From positions 56,172,001 to 56,236,000 of the forward strand of contig OX597823.1 in NCBI GenBank assembly GCA_951406725.2: a DNA stretch of 64,000 nt, read 5' to 3'. The first letter of the stretch is position 1, and each line of letters begins with the position of its first letter. This DNA comes from Octopus vulgaris (taxonomy: Eukaryota). Below, piece after piece: positions 1-12,800 of this stretch. The position numbers were made by a program, and so were the translations under genes. The notes under the pieces were generated by a model. It was not told the DNA's origin. It made no database searches and saw only the letters and a program-made list of their open reading frames with translations.

Positions 1-706
1 CCACAGACAACCAAATGTGACAACTACCAAAGATATGATCGCTTCATGGGGAAACTCAGAGAGGAACGCAGGAAATCTTCGTATCAAAGAAGCTATATTG
101 ATCCACCGCCTCAACCCGAAAATCAAAAGTCGATCGGAGACTATTAACACTGAACCTAACCAAGAAATACATTACTCCATCTAAAATCACCGTGTCAGAC
201 TTTAAAACATGCATTGATTACTGGTATAAAATTAGGCGATCTGTTACCTAAAATATGTATCTCTTAACCTAAAAACATTGATCCCAAGAGCAAAGATCAC
301 ACTACACACAACCTAAAATTCTTTCGCCTCTCAACTAAAATATTACTGATCTCCTCTAACCTAAAATCCCGTTACTCAGTCTACTTATAAACCTCTTGAG
401 AGGAATCTGATTTAATGTACCTCATATTACTTTACTTTTCGTACACAGAAACTAAAAACATCTAAAACAAAAATTCAGACAAGGAAACAATGTAAATTTC
501 ATAATAGCAATTTACTTTCGTATTTAATTTTCCTGACACTATTCCAAATCTTTATTACTTCGTCCGTCTTTACGTTCTCTGTTCAAATTCCACCGAGGTC
601 GACTTTGCCTTTTATCCTATCGGGGTCGATGAAATAAGTACCAGTTGAGCACTGGGGTCGATTCAATCGACTAACACCCTCCCCCAAATTGCTTATAGTA
701 GAATGA

Positions 707-772
<66 letters not shown>

Positions 773-944
773 AGAATAAGTACCGATAGAATAAGTACTG
801 GGCTTACAAAGAATAAGTCCCGGGGTCGATTTGCTCGACTAAAGGCGGTGCTCCAGCATGGCCGCAGTCAAATGACTGAAACAACTAAAAGAGTAAAAGA
901 GAGTAAAGAGTATTATTATCATTATTATCATTATTATTATTATT

Positions 945-1745
945 CAGTAGTTTTATTTTTATAGCGTGCTTTCACTTCACTACCGAGCGCAGCTCTGTGT
1001 GCCTTGGGTATGTGCTGTGATTTGTTGTGATGCTCTGATGGTTATTGTATGGAAAGTGTTCTGCGTAGGATGTGTGCAGTGCCTAGTAGTGCAATTTTCT
1101 GTAATTTATTAGGGTTCATTGTTGTATCCAAGTCTATATCTCTATTATTTTCTTTCCATATTTTATATGTATGTGTTGTTGTATTTTCATTTTTTTGGTA
1201 GAGCATTGCTGTGAAGTATGCGAGTAAGATAGAAATGTATTCCTCACGTCTCCATTTACGTCTTTTGAGTTTTATTTGCGGGACATGAGGTACAACGTCC
1301 GGCCCATTATTTTGACGGTCGTCATTTTCGTAGGGTACCGGTCCGTTTATTTCTGTTGTCACATTATTTCGCACGTGTAGTTTTTCGTACATTTTTTGTT
1401 GTAAGTTTAATGTACGTACCGCTCGATTGTTATTCTTGGGTTGAATAGTATCGGTGGCATTTAATTTCTTCGTAGTTCCTTTGTACATGGTGTTTGAGGT
1501 CGGGGATGATCGTGATGTTCCACGCATGTTTACATGTGTTGTGTTAGAGGTGGAGATAATATTGAGTCAAAATACATCATTTCGTTTCGAAAATAGTAAT
1601 AAATTTCAATTAGTATTACTTACTCGGATACAGTCCAATTCTTTGTTAGTAAATCTTTGGCTCCATAGGATGTCCTTGTTTTCGATGTTTGTGGATAGAT
1701 TTCGGAGCTCTGTATTTTCCTTCTTACATCTTAAACGTCCCCGTT
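945..1745 (-). mobile_element. Internally deleted Dong/R4-like (REL-endonuclease) non-LTR retrotransposon
   Basis: 161-aa ORF joins an N-terminal KRRKWRREEY segment to the C-terminal LQKIALLGTAHILRRTLS motif; flanked by (ATT)n. Confidence 0.65.
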
Positions 1746-1769
1746 GTTATTATTATTATTATTTTGGTT

Positions 1770-2101
1770 TGGCTCAGATTTTGTCTTATTCCAGGCAGGA
1801 TTTATGTGAGTAACGAGTAGCTAGCTGTAACTTTAGGCATCCACAAGTTTTCTCTAGTCTTTCAAGTGCTTAGAACCCTCCTGATAATCTTTGCTGTCCC
1901 TAAGAGACAAACTTTCTGTGGGAGCTCTACCGGGCATTCTATTCCAATCTCCTTCAGCCATTTGTTTATATTTTGACTTACTGTTCCCAACGCATCAATT
2001 ATTATGGGCATGATCTTTACTGCTCGCATGTCCCAAATTCTTCCTATTTCAAATTTTAAGGAATTGCAATTTTTCTTTCCCCCCTCCCCTTCCTCTTTCA
2101 T
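1770..2101 (-). mobile_element. Dong/R4-like 3' fragment
   Basis: LKFEIGRIW...IMPIIIDALGTV...QKVCLLGTAKIIRRVLST is a typical REL C-terminus. Confidence 0.75.
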
Positions 2102-2220
2102 TACAGTCCTGAAATCAAACTGGCCTTATGGGTCAATAAGCAAGCAACTTCTATCTTGTTGTCTCTTGAGGTCTCTGGATGAGATTTGGAGCCAGCTTGT
2201 ACAAATACAAAGCAAGTCAA

Positions 2221-2284
<64 letters not shown>

Positions 2285-2287
<3 letters not shown>

Positions 2288-2705
2288 TGAAATAGAAATC
2301 AGCAAAATGTGGAAGTTGAAGACTAAAACAATACCTGTTGTCATAGGTGCCCTGGGAATGATAGCGAAAGGGACTGATTGCTACCTAACTCAGATACCAG
2401 GAAACCCCAAAATGGCAGAAATTCAAAAGATAGTGCTCATGGGAACTGCTCATATCCTACGCAAAATACTCTCTATGTAATCCCAAGGTTTAAAACAAAC
2501 TTTTTTTTATTTAATTTTTTTAATTTTTTTAATTTTTATGTATTAGACATTCACTAGTACAACACCAAAAAAAAAAGGAAAGGAAAAGGGAAAACCAAAA
2601 AACCCCCCAAATATATGGCACAGAACTTCCAACCTGTTGTCTCTTGAGGTCTCTGGGTGAGACTTGGAGCCAACTTGTACAGACATAAAGCAAAAGTCAA
2701 ACATA
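2285..2705 (+). mobile_element. 5'-truncated Dong/R4-like 3' fragment inside (TAA)n
   Basis: Encodes EISKMWKLKTKTIPVVIGALGMI...IQKIVLMGTAHILRKILSM* plus a 3'UTR (part of it duplicated at ~2150-2225); (AAT)n on both sides. Confidence 0.75.
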
Positions 2706-2707
<2 letters not shown>

Positions 2708-2773
<66 letters not shown>

Positions 2774-2794
2774 GTAATAATAATAGTAATAATA

Positions 2795-2841
<47 letters not shown>
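2708..2841. repeat. (AAT)n microsatellite
   Basis: Direct sequence; similar tracts at 707-770, 2226-2287, 3411-3453 and 47320-47473. Confidence 0.95.
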
Positions 2842-2842
<1 letters not shown>

Positions 2843-2844
2843 GA

Positions 2845-3245
2845 TACTTGATCTTCGCCAGTTGAACATGTCCCTTAGTGGTTGATATGTGCATCTCTGA
2901 TCACGAGTAGAAGTAGTGGGGGAGCATCATAGCTATGCGTTGAGAAGAATTTTTTGGTATTTGAATAATTCACCTCTGGAAACACAGGTGTTTTATTCAT
3001 CATCCTTATTCAAGGACCTTTTGAGCAGGATGGGCAGCTCGACCCGAAGAAAATTCTCACAGGACCCCATCTGCAAAGACATGTTCTGTTTATCTTGATA
3101 TTGAGGTCCCATGTCACGCACATATGGTTGTGATGCATGTGACTGGTGTACCTTCATCAGATGGGTAGTAATGAATGGTATATTAGGCTTCGTATATATG
3201 TACTCCCAGCGTCACTTTGATGGCATGCGTTGTTCTCTCACTGAA
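2845..3245 (-). repeat. Dispersed repeat family, probably a retroposon UTR (other copies ~3600-3765 minus, ~52885-53290 plus)
   Basis: Shared gcatgccatcaaagtgac...atatacgaagcc...gggtacaccag...atatcaagataaac sequence in three copies. Confidence 0.6.
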
Positions 3246-3410
3246 TGGTGATGATGATGATGATGTTAATTTCAAATTTTAGCACAAGGCTAGCCATTTC
3301 GGAAGACGGAACAAGTCGATTGGTACATATTTCATCGACCCCGAAAGGATGAAAAGCAAAGCCGACCGGAATTTAATCCGGTGTGCTAACGATTCTGCCA
3401 GTTCGTCGCC

Positions 3411-3454
<44 letters not shown>

Positions 3455-3975
3455 CGTCTCTACAATAGGCACAAGGCCTGAAATTTATGGGGAATGTATA
3501 AGTCGATCACAACGACTGGTACTTAATTTATTGCCCCCGAAATGATGAAAAGCAAAGTTGATCTTGGCGGAATTTGAACTCAAAAACGAATGAAATGCGT
3601 TGTTTATTTTGATATGAGATCACCATGTCGCGCACATATGGTTGTGATGCATGTTCCTGGTGTACCCTCATCAGACGGGTCATCATGGTGGGTATATTGG
3701 GCTTCGTATATTTGTACCCCAGTGTCACTTTGATGGCATGCACTCCTCTGCTCTCTCACTCAATAATAATATGACAGCAGGATAACAGGAAACGTACACG
3801 AACAAGGTACATACCTTGACGAAATTATTTAGCTTTTGCTTTTGGTGCTTTCTTCTGTGTGTGTCACGAAGAGATATTGTGCAGTTCAATGATTACTACT
3901 CCATGTACAAACTAAAGCATTCAACATAATGTCGTGTTATTTTCTGAGTAATAAAATTACCAATTATATTTGCAG

Positions 3976-4093
3976 CCTTCCTGTGCAATGCAGGGAAAGA
4001 TGTTCTGCAAGTTTTATGGCATCTGTGCGACGATTTGTGATGGCCATGTAGAATGTTTCGATGGAAGCGACGAGAGAGGCTGTGCAACAACAG
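3976..4093 (+). CDS. Exon encoding an LDL-receptor class A repeat
   Basis: tttgcag|CCT...ACA G|gtactg. Translates [39 protein letters not shown]: 6 Cys plus the CDGxxxCxDGSDExxC signature. Confidence 0.88.
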
Positions 4094-4362
4094 GTACTGT
4101 ATATAAATTGATATCTATGTACATTCACATGTGCACGCACACACTCGCACAAACACACACAAACACATACACATACAAATATACAGTTTCGTTACCATTG
4201 TTCAAATGAAGAAGTGGCCCAAAATTATACATAGTTCTGTCTGCGTGCATGTATGTATGTACACGCATGTGTGTGAGTGCGCGCGTGTGTGTGTATTTAT
4301 GTATTTATGCATGTATGAATATATGTAGATAGATAGATAGATAGATAGGTAGATAGATAGAG

Positions 4363-4398
<36 letters not shown>

Positions 4399-4433
4399 GG
4401 ATGGATGGATGGATGGATGGATAGACAGTCAGC

Positions 4434-4506
<73 letters not shown>

Positions 4507-6334
4507 GATAGATATGTTTCTTTATTAGCCACACAGGGCTGCACACAGATAGAACAAATTACAAGGTAGAGCTTTTCTTTTGAAGGTAAAAAAAATAAAA
4601 ATAAAAATAAAAAAAAAAAAAGGGGGGTCGATCAAAAGGGATCGTAAAAGGAGAGAAAGAGGACAAAAAAAGGGGGGGTAAAAAAAAGGGGAAGAGGAAA
4701 AAAAAAATGATCAATAGGGATCGTTATCACAGAAATGTCAATATGAAGTGTGAAGGGGAGGACAGGTGAGGTTTACCCGTGGAAAGAAAAGCCTACGGAA
4801 AAGACCACGGTAACCTCGGTCAATGAAGTCACATGTTATATTTCTTTTTTTTTTTTTTTTTGCAAATAAGCAACTCTCTGTATTAATTTTTACGGTTCAT
4901 AGAATCATAGTCAAGGTGGCTTCGTCATTCATACGTGCCATCCTTGCTACATTCACCCATCTTTTTTTAAAACATTCACTAGACAAAACTTGCCTCTCTA
5001 CTCTCACTTTTTCTTCAAGTGATACTTGAAGAAGTTGATGAGAGATTGACCAGAGAGGAAAGTGTTTGTCTCTAATCCTTTCAGGCGCGTCCACCAGATA
5101 CATTCTTTCGCCATAGCCACAAGTATGATAAAAGTAGCTCTTCCTTCCCGTTTGAAGGAAGGAGGCGTGACGATATTAACGATAGACTCGGCTGATAAAC
5201 CGACACGTCCCACACGTGACAGCAGTCGTTCGACATAAGCCCACAGGTGGGAAATTGCTGGACACTGCACGATTGCGTGCAGAGCGGTTTCGTCGCTCTG
5301 CCCGCATCTCGGGCAGGTCGGCCCCGTGTTTCTCGAGCCATGCCTATAGAGCTTATCCCGAACGGGTAGCGCTTCTCGGTAGCACCGCCAGGCCAGGGAT
5401 CTCTGGAAGTTGTCCATAGGTCCCGGGCCGAAAGTCGTTTGAAACAGGCGGGTCAGGTATTCCTCGTCGACGCCCAGGTTTGCCCCGAGCTCGTCGTCGT
5501 ACCTTCCCCTCCACTAATCCCCTATAGAATGCTTTGGTTGTGTTGAAGTCACTCAAGGTCGACCCGGGACGGCAGAGTTGCTTGAGAGCAACGCGACACT
5601 CGCGGTGCCATTCGCCCTTCCTCGGCCTCTTTTTGATCCACGACTGTAGTTCGGTCATGGAGACGAGTTGCGGAAATGCGTACCTCACAAACGGCGACCA
5701 CACCTGTTCACCGTCGTCTACATAGAGCCGGAGATGTCGCAGTCTCAGCGCGTGTCTGCGCATCATCAACCACGGCATGCCCAGCCCTCCTTTTAACGGG
5801 TGTTGACAGCAAATGGATCGCCTGACCATCGGGACGCATCCTTTCCACAAGAAGCGGAAGAGGATGCGTTCTAGTTTGGTGATGGTAGGGTCAGGACAAG
5901 GTACGACGGTCAGGCGGTAGTAGATGATGGACGCGATGTACGCGTTCACCACCTCCGCCCGACCTTTTAGGGACAGTTTCCTCTCGGCCCATTGCTGGGC
6001 GAGAGTGACCACCCTACTCGTTATCTCGTTCCAGTTCTTCTCCATTTGGAGGTCCGGACCGAACCAGACCCCGAGCAACTCAACCGGGCCGTCTGTCCAG
6101 CGTCCCACGACGGAGGTACTGGTGGACGGCATGGGCTTGCTTCTCCAGGTGCCGAGCCGCAAGCCCACTGACTTTTCCCGGTTGATTTTTGCTCCTGTCA
6201 CCGCTTCGTAGTCTTTCAGTGTCTCGCCGACCCGCTCGATGTGTTCGTGGCTTGACACTATGACGGTGACGTCGTCCGCGTATGCAGACACGCTTGTCCC
6301 GCATCCCAATTCTCGCGGGATGATAGATAGATGA

Positions 6335-6370
<36 letters not shown>

Positions 6371-6509
6371 TAGATAGATTTGAAGCGTGTTATACGTTAA
6401 AAAATTGTCGACCAGATCATCAGATGCTGTTTTACACTTCTAGTCATAATTCTATCTTGAGAGTACATCCTTTTCCATCATGACCCAAAATCTTTAACTA
6501 AATCGTCTT

Positions 6510-6584
<75 letters not shown>

Positions 6585-9500
6585 ATACATATGCGTACAT
6601 ATACATACACATACTATATATATATTTTTCAAGCGGAATAAGCAACTGTTGAAAGATCGATAATATGGTTCTTTTACAAAAAAAATTGGAAAATTCGTGT
6701 GGAACGTATATCACAAAGCTTCTTTGGATATTTGTTCAAACCCAGGCATGGCACAGTAGAGGCAGACGTAGTCAAGAAGTTAGATAAGGCATCGCAACCA
6801 ACGCACTCGCAGCAAAATTGGCACTCAACCACTTCTTCAACGCGAAACACGAATGTTGCGTAGTCAGAGCTAAGACACGTGCTCTTAAGCACGAAGGGAC
6901 GAAAGTGGAATCGACCAACGATTTGTGGTTGGGTGAAATTTCAGTATTGAAACTTCTTGAATATTCTTCGAAACACCATCCGATATATGGCAATAGTAAA
7001 TTTAATTAGTCCCCTATTTTACCAACGTAATCTACCCTATGGTCTGTTTACCAAAATCCCCTCTGTAACAAATATTCGAATAACTATATCGCTAGTCTGC
7101 TGGATATCTCCTTTCCCCATCACTCGAAAACACCAAGAACAGTCGTAGTTCTACGCTCTTTCCTCAAACTAAGCCATTATAATCTATTTCTTAAGCACTG
7201 TTCGTTGTTATACATAGTGGGAAAATTGCGTATGGAACAAGTGTCCTTTCAAGCTGAATAAGTCAGTGCCCTGGAAAGAGTGATCGAAGTCATTCACTCA
7301 CCACTTCACATTAGGCTATACAACCAATCGTTTCTTGCCTTCTCCTCATAAAATCCTTGCGCTAGATTTAACTACTGATCACACGTGTTGACTGCTATGC
7401 AACAGTCCATGACAACGAGTTTCAAACAATTGTAACAAAAGTTCTCAGTGCATAACGTTTCTGAAACGATTCTCACACTGAATTATTGCAAATACACGTC
7501 TTATCATTATATTTTTCAGCACCTGAAGCTACTCCTACACCACCTACATCAGGCTTTTCTTTACACACACACACACACACATCCTAGCACACACACACAT
7601 CCTAGCACTTTGTAACAGATGTTTTAAATACGTGCTTATACATCATATAAATAGAATATTTCATATACTGCATATATTGCATATATGCACTTAAGTTTTA
7701 GAACATATGCACAACTACATGTAAACACTGCACTCAGGAATAAGACATACTCCGAAACCACAGACATCATGTCACTAGATTTGGTTACAACCGTCTTGCT
7801 AGTTCAAGTAAGTACACATATGAGGGTGGAGTGCTTTCATGTACATCGCTGCTGTCATTAATTACAACACAACATATTGGTCAAATGGAAGAACCACAGG
7901 CACGCCGGACATAATTTTCGGTGGAGTTTTGCCTGTCTTTAGGTACTCAGTTCAAATTTCGCCGAGATCGACTTTGAAATTCATAATTTCATGGACGATG
8001 AATTAAGTACCAGTTGATCAGTGGTCAATGCCTATTGTAGAAAGGATTAATCTTAACACTATATATTTTACAAGACAGCTTTATTCGCGGACATTTATTT
8101 ACATTGTTTTCTATACAGGAACATATATCAGATGTCTTTCCTTAAGAAGACAAACATCGTAACGTGAGTTGTGTCTTATTCTTCATATCAATATCTTTTA
8201 GAAATTCTGAAGAGAAGGCGACGTATCATTAGCACAAATATCGATGTGACATACCATTGAGTAGGTCACTTGTATACCCGTAAATAAACGAAGTTCCCTT
8301 CACAAAACGCTATCCAGTTCAATCCCGTTCCATCGCACCCTGGACAGCTGTTTTTTACTATAACCTCGGATAAACCATCGGCCAATCAGGGAAATTTCAT
8401 AAATGAAACTGCGTAAAAAAAACCCTTTGGAGGTAACATCCATTTAATTTGATTAGTGTATTTAGTCTGTACCCTGGATGAAAGCTTTATTGAAGCAGGA
8501 TCACATTTGTTGCAAACATTTGAATCACCTGGTCTTCTTCGCACATGTCTCAAAAGCACCGCAAGAGGTCGTAGTTCTCTTATTTCTCCATACATAACTT
8601 TAGAATCTCTTCGCTAGAATTAGAATTCTATTTAACTGAATATTTCGGCGTCACAAAAAATAGATAGAAACCATTTCAGAAACCATTTCAGAATAGAGTA
8701 TTCACCCAATCTCCGTCACTCGTGTCTCACCTTCCTGCCATAAAGTCCTTGCACTAGATCTCAGAACTAGCTATACGTGTTGACTGTTGTGAAACAGTCC
8801 GTGGTCAGGAGTTTCAAACAATAATAGCAACATTCTACAATGCATAATTTAAATAAATAACGTTTCTGAAACCACTCCAACACTGAAATTATGAATTATA
8901 AATTATAAATAATTGTTATTGTTATATTTTTCAGCCCCTCCTACAGCATCTACAACACGTAAGTTTTTTTTTATATTTACAAACGCAAATTCATCTGCAT
9001 ATAGACACACACACACACACACACACACCACACATACACACACACACAAACACACAAACACACACTCGCAGTCACGCCCAAACGCATTCAAGCATATACT
9101 CTTTAGTTACAGATATTTAAAATATTGTACTGTACTTATATTTCATACTAATTTAAAAGCCGTATTCCGTGTGGACTTTTAAGATAGCTCCTGCTGAGGG
9201 CTAATTGAGCCTGCGGCCCAAAACTAAAGGGCAAAATACTAATAAGACGTTTATTGGTATCCTACCATTTCACATTTATATCACAGAGTATCACAACTGG
9301 AGAATTTTGTATCACTGGGATATTTAGAGATTGCTGTAAAGCAACAGGATAAATAATAGCCTTGGTTTTACCATTTGGTGTAAGTATGAAGAGATTGTTG
9401 CCATTTCCAATTCTGGAACAACCAGCATAGAGCTGACCATGGGAAAAGCACTGCTGCATGAGGTGAAGTCCAACAATTTTCAGTGAGTGTCCTCGTGTTA

Positions 9501-9762
9501 ATTGACATGGCAAAGCTCTTACTGGATATTGAAGTCTGCTGGAATCAGTAGAATTCTTTGAATAAACTCATGTTCTCCCTTTCCTTGTCCAGTGAGGACT
9601 GTTGCTTCCAAAAGATGTGGTTGCATTTGCATGACAATCCGTCTTGTTCCATTTCACAGCTATGTGGGATCCAGATTTCTCAAAAGCATTTTTGGAATTC
9701 CTTTCTTCAATGTCAGTTTGTGGGAAGACATTCTAGGAGGATCCAAAGAGTTAAGAAACTTA

Positions 9763-9836
<74 letters not shown>

Positions 9837-12800
9837 GGCTTTGTGTCTGTGTTTGTCTCCCACCACTGCTTCATAACTGGTGTTGGTGTGTTTACGTTCA
9901 CGTAACTTAGCGGTTCGTTGAAAGAGGAAAAATTTAAAAAAAGTACCAGGCATAAAAATGAAAGAACTGGTGTCGATATTTTTTTCGATTAAAATTCTTC
10001 GAGGCAGTGCTCCAGGGTGATTGCAGTCCGATGACTAAATAAGATGAAAGAACCAAAAAATTCCTTAATAAAACTTTAATCGGAGGGAGGTAACTCTTGG
10101 TCGCCAATCTCAGTAATACCATGGCAATGAAACCTCACACGGTCGCTTTACCTCCTAGGAAAAACAACCCAACTACTTTTAAATCAGATCCTAATGCTGG
10201 ATGTTCAAGAACCAAATATTTTCAATCCTGGAATCATCCTGATTCCAAAATGGTATAATATGTCTATGTAGAGCAAATGTAAAGTGAGATACAGGAGCTC
10301 CAGACAACCAGAGAGGATTTCGCTTTTATTAATATCGATTTAGATAACATATTTCGTAATAGACAACACAGTTGAAACATATTTCATTCACTGAGTTATA
10401 TATACACACGTATTTTAGTAACCATCTACTACATCATGTGAACACTTCGTTAGTCTTATGAACAGGACATGTACCGGAATCAACAAGACATCACTCTGCT
10501 ACTGCTTTTCATAACATGTATCTTATTAAGTCAAGTAAATACACCAATGAACACAAAGTGCTTTGGTGCACATCGTTGCTTTTATTCATTACAAACCTAC
10601 ACTGCGTCCCACATTATTAGGCAAATCAACCTTTTCTCAACGAGAATACTAAAAATGAACCCGACCGTTCTCAAAGATTGAGTAAGAAAACAAACAGGAA
10701 AAATAATCCAGAATCCTTGTCCGGTATCGGATCGATCCCCAAATCTAATCAGTTCGTGCCAGTCACGACGCCAAACATCCCTGAGAGTTTCATCCAGCAG
10801 TTCTTGAAATATATTGTCCACGAACAAACAAACAAGCGCTACTGAAAGCAATACCTCCGCCTTCTCTAAGGCGGAGGTAATAATGGTTTTGGCAGAAGGC
10901 CAGATATTTCAGGTGGAAGGGTAAGTCGATTACGGCGACGCCAGGGCTCGACTGCTACATATTTTATGGACACCGAAAGAATGAAAGGCAAAGTAGACCG
11001 CGGAAGCATTTGAAGTCAAAACATAAAGTTGGGCCAAATACCAGTGAGCATTTTGTCCGACGTGCCAAGCTGGTACAGCAAGAATAAGGCGGCGAGCTGG
11101 CAGAAACGTTAGCACGCCGTGCGAAATGCGTAGGCGTATTTCGTCTGCCGTTACGTTCTGAGTTCAAATTCCGCCGAGGTCGACAAATTAAGTACCAGTT
11201 ACGAACTGGGTTCGATATAATCGACTTAATCCCTTTGTCTGTCCTTGTTTGTCTCCTCTGTGTTTAGCCCCTTGTGGGTAGTAAAGAAATGGGTACAGCA
11301 AGAATATGTGAAATGGTATTATGACCAAGTTGTGAGGGTTTACAGTGGAAGATTCGTCAGAAATAGGAATTTTAAGCTGGAGGTGAATGATATGATCATC
11401 GATCGGGTCGAAAGAGTGCTTGAGTCGGAGAAATGCAAAGTTTTTCGGGATTTTCCAATTCAAACGGATAAGAAGCTAGAAAATAACAGGCTAGTCATAA
11501 CAATAATAGCCAATGAAAAGCGAATCTGTTTAGTAATTAATCCATAATGTTCGTTTTATTCCAGGATTGTACAGAAAGAGGATGAGAGATAAAAAATATA
11601 ATCCCTTATACTTTGAAGTTACAAAAGTTTGCAATATAAAAACTGTAAAGGATGTGCCTCTAATAATTGGAGCATTAGGTACTATAAGTAAAGATATAGA
11701 CGAATGGGTTAAAGAGATTAGAACAGAATTCCTATAGAGCGTCTAGAAAAAATTTGTTTCTTAGGGACAGGAAAGATTATCAAGATTCTAAGCACTAGAA
11801 AGACAATTGAAAGCTAGTGGGTGCTAGTAACCTGCAACCAACAGAAACTCTACCAGGAATAACAACGAACCTGACTCAAATCAATAACAATGACCACTGT
11901 TGTTTCTACATCCAAGATACCAACAACAGTAGTATCAGTCTCCCCTACTACCACACCTTCTCCCACAACAACAACTGTTCCATCTACGACAGCAGGTATG
12001 TGAAATTTGAATTAATTTCCATTCTCTAGTAATACCATCCCGCTGCCTTTCCCACAGGCTTTCACGCGTTATGACAATGATTTTCTTCTGGATATATCGT
12101 GAAATCTTCCAAATCACTTACCTGTCAGTATACATTCAATGACACCTGTTAATAATTCAGTTGATATACATTTATCAATTTCCTTCTTTCATTCCACACA
12201 GTTCCAACGACAACTACGGCAACCACAACAACTACGGAAGCCACAACAACTACAGCAGCCACAACTAAACCTACCACTGTTGTTTCTACATCGAAGCCAC
12301 CAACAACAGTATCAGCCTCACCTACTACCACATCCTCTCCCACAACAACACCTGTGGCATCTACGACAACGCCACCAACTACAGGTATGTGAAATTTTGT
12401 GTTATCGTTCGGTTCTCTAACAAAACCTCTCCACTGCCTTTCCCGCATAAAATCAACGATTATCTGCTGGAAATATGGTGAGATCTTTCATATCACTGAA
12501 CTGTTATTATTCATTGAAAACACACGTATTTTTTGATTCTGTTGATATGCATTTGTCTATTTCCTGCTTTCCTTCTACACAGTTCCTACGACAACTTCGG
12601 TACCATGTCAGCTGGTTGACACAATGACCGATCTAACGGATGACGAGATTGTTCCATCGTCTTTGAAAACTGGCAGTCAAGCGACGGATGTGCGTCCTGG
12701 TGGTGAGGTGTGGACTCCTGCTAAGACTGACAGCTCGCCAAGCATCACGTTTACTTTTACACACACTCGCGATATCCGGAAAGTGCAAATCACGTCATTA

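Noticed and set aside
2543-2894. Poly-Y/I/L ORFs (also the IY-repeat ORFs at 9558-9953 and 55778-58293 and the P/S/L-rich ORFs at 50181-50789)
   Set aside because: Translations of microsatellites and polypyrimidine tracts.
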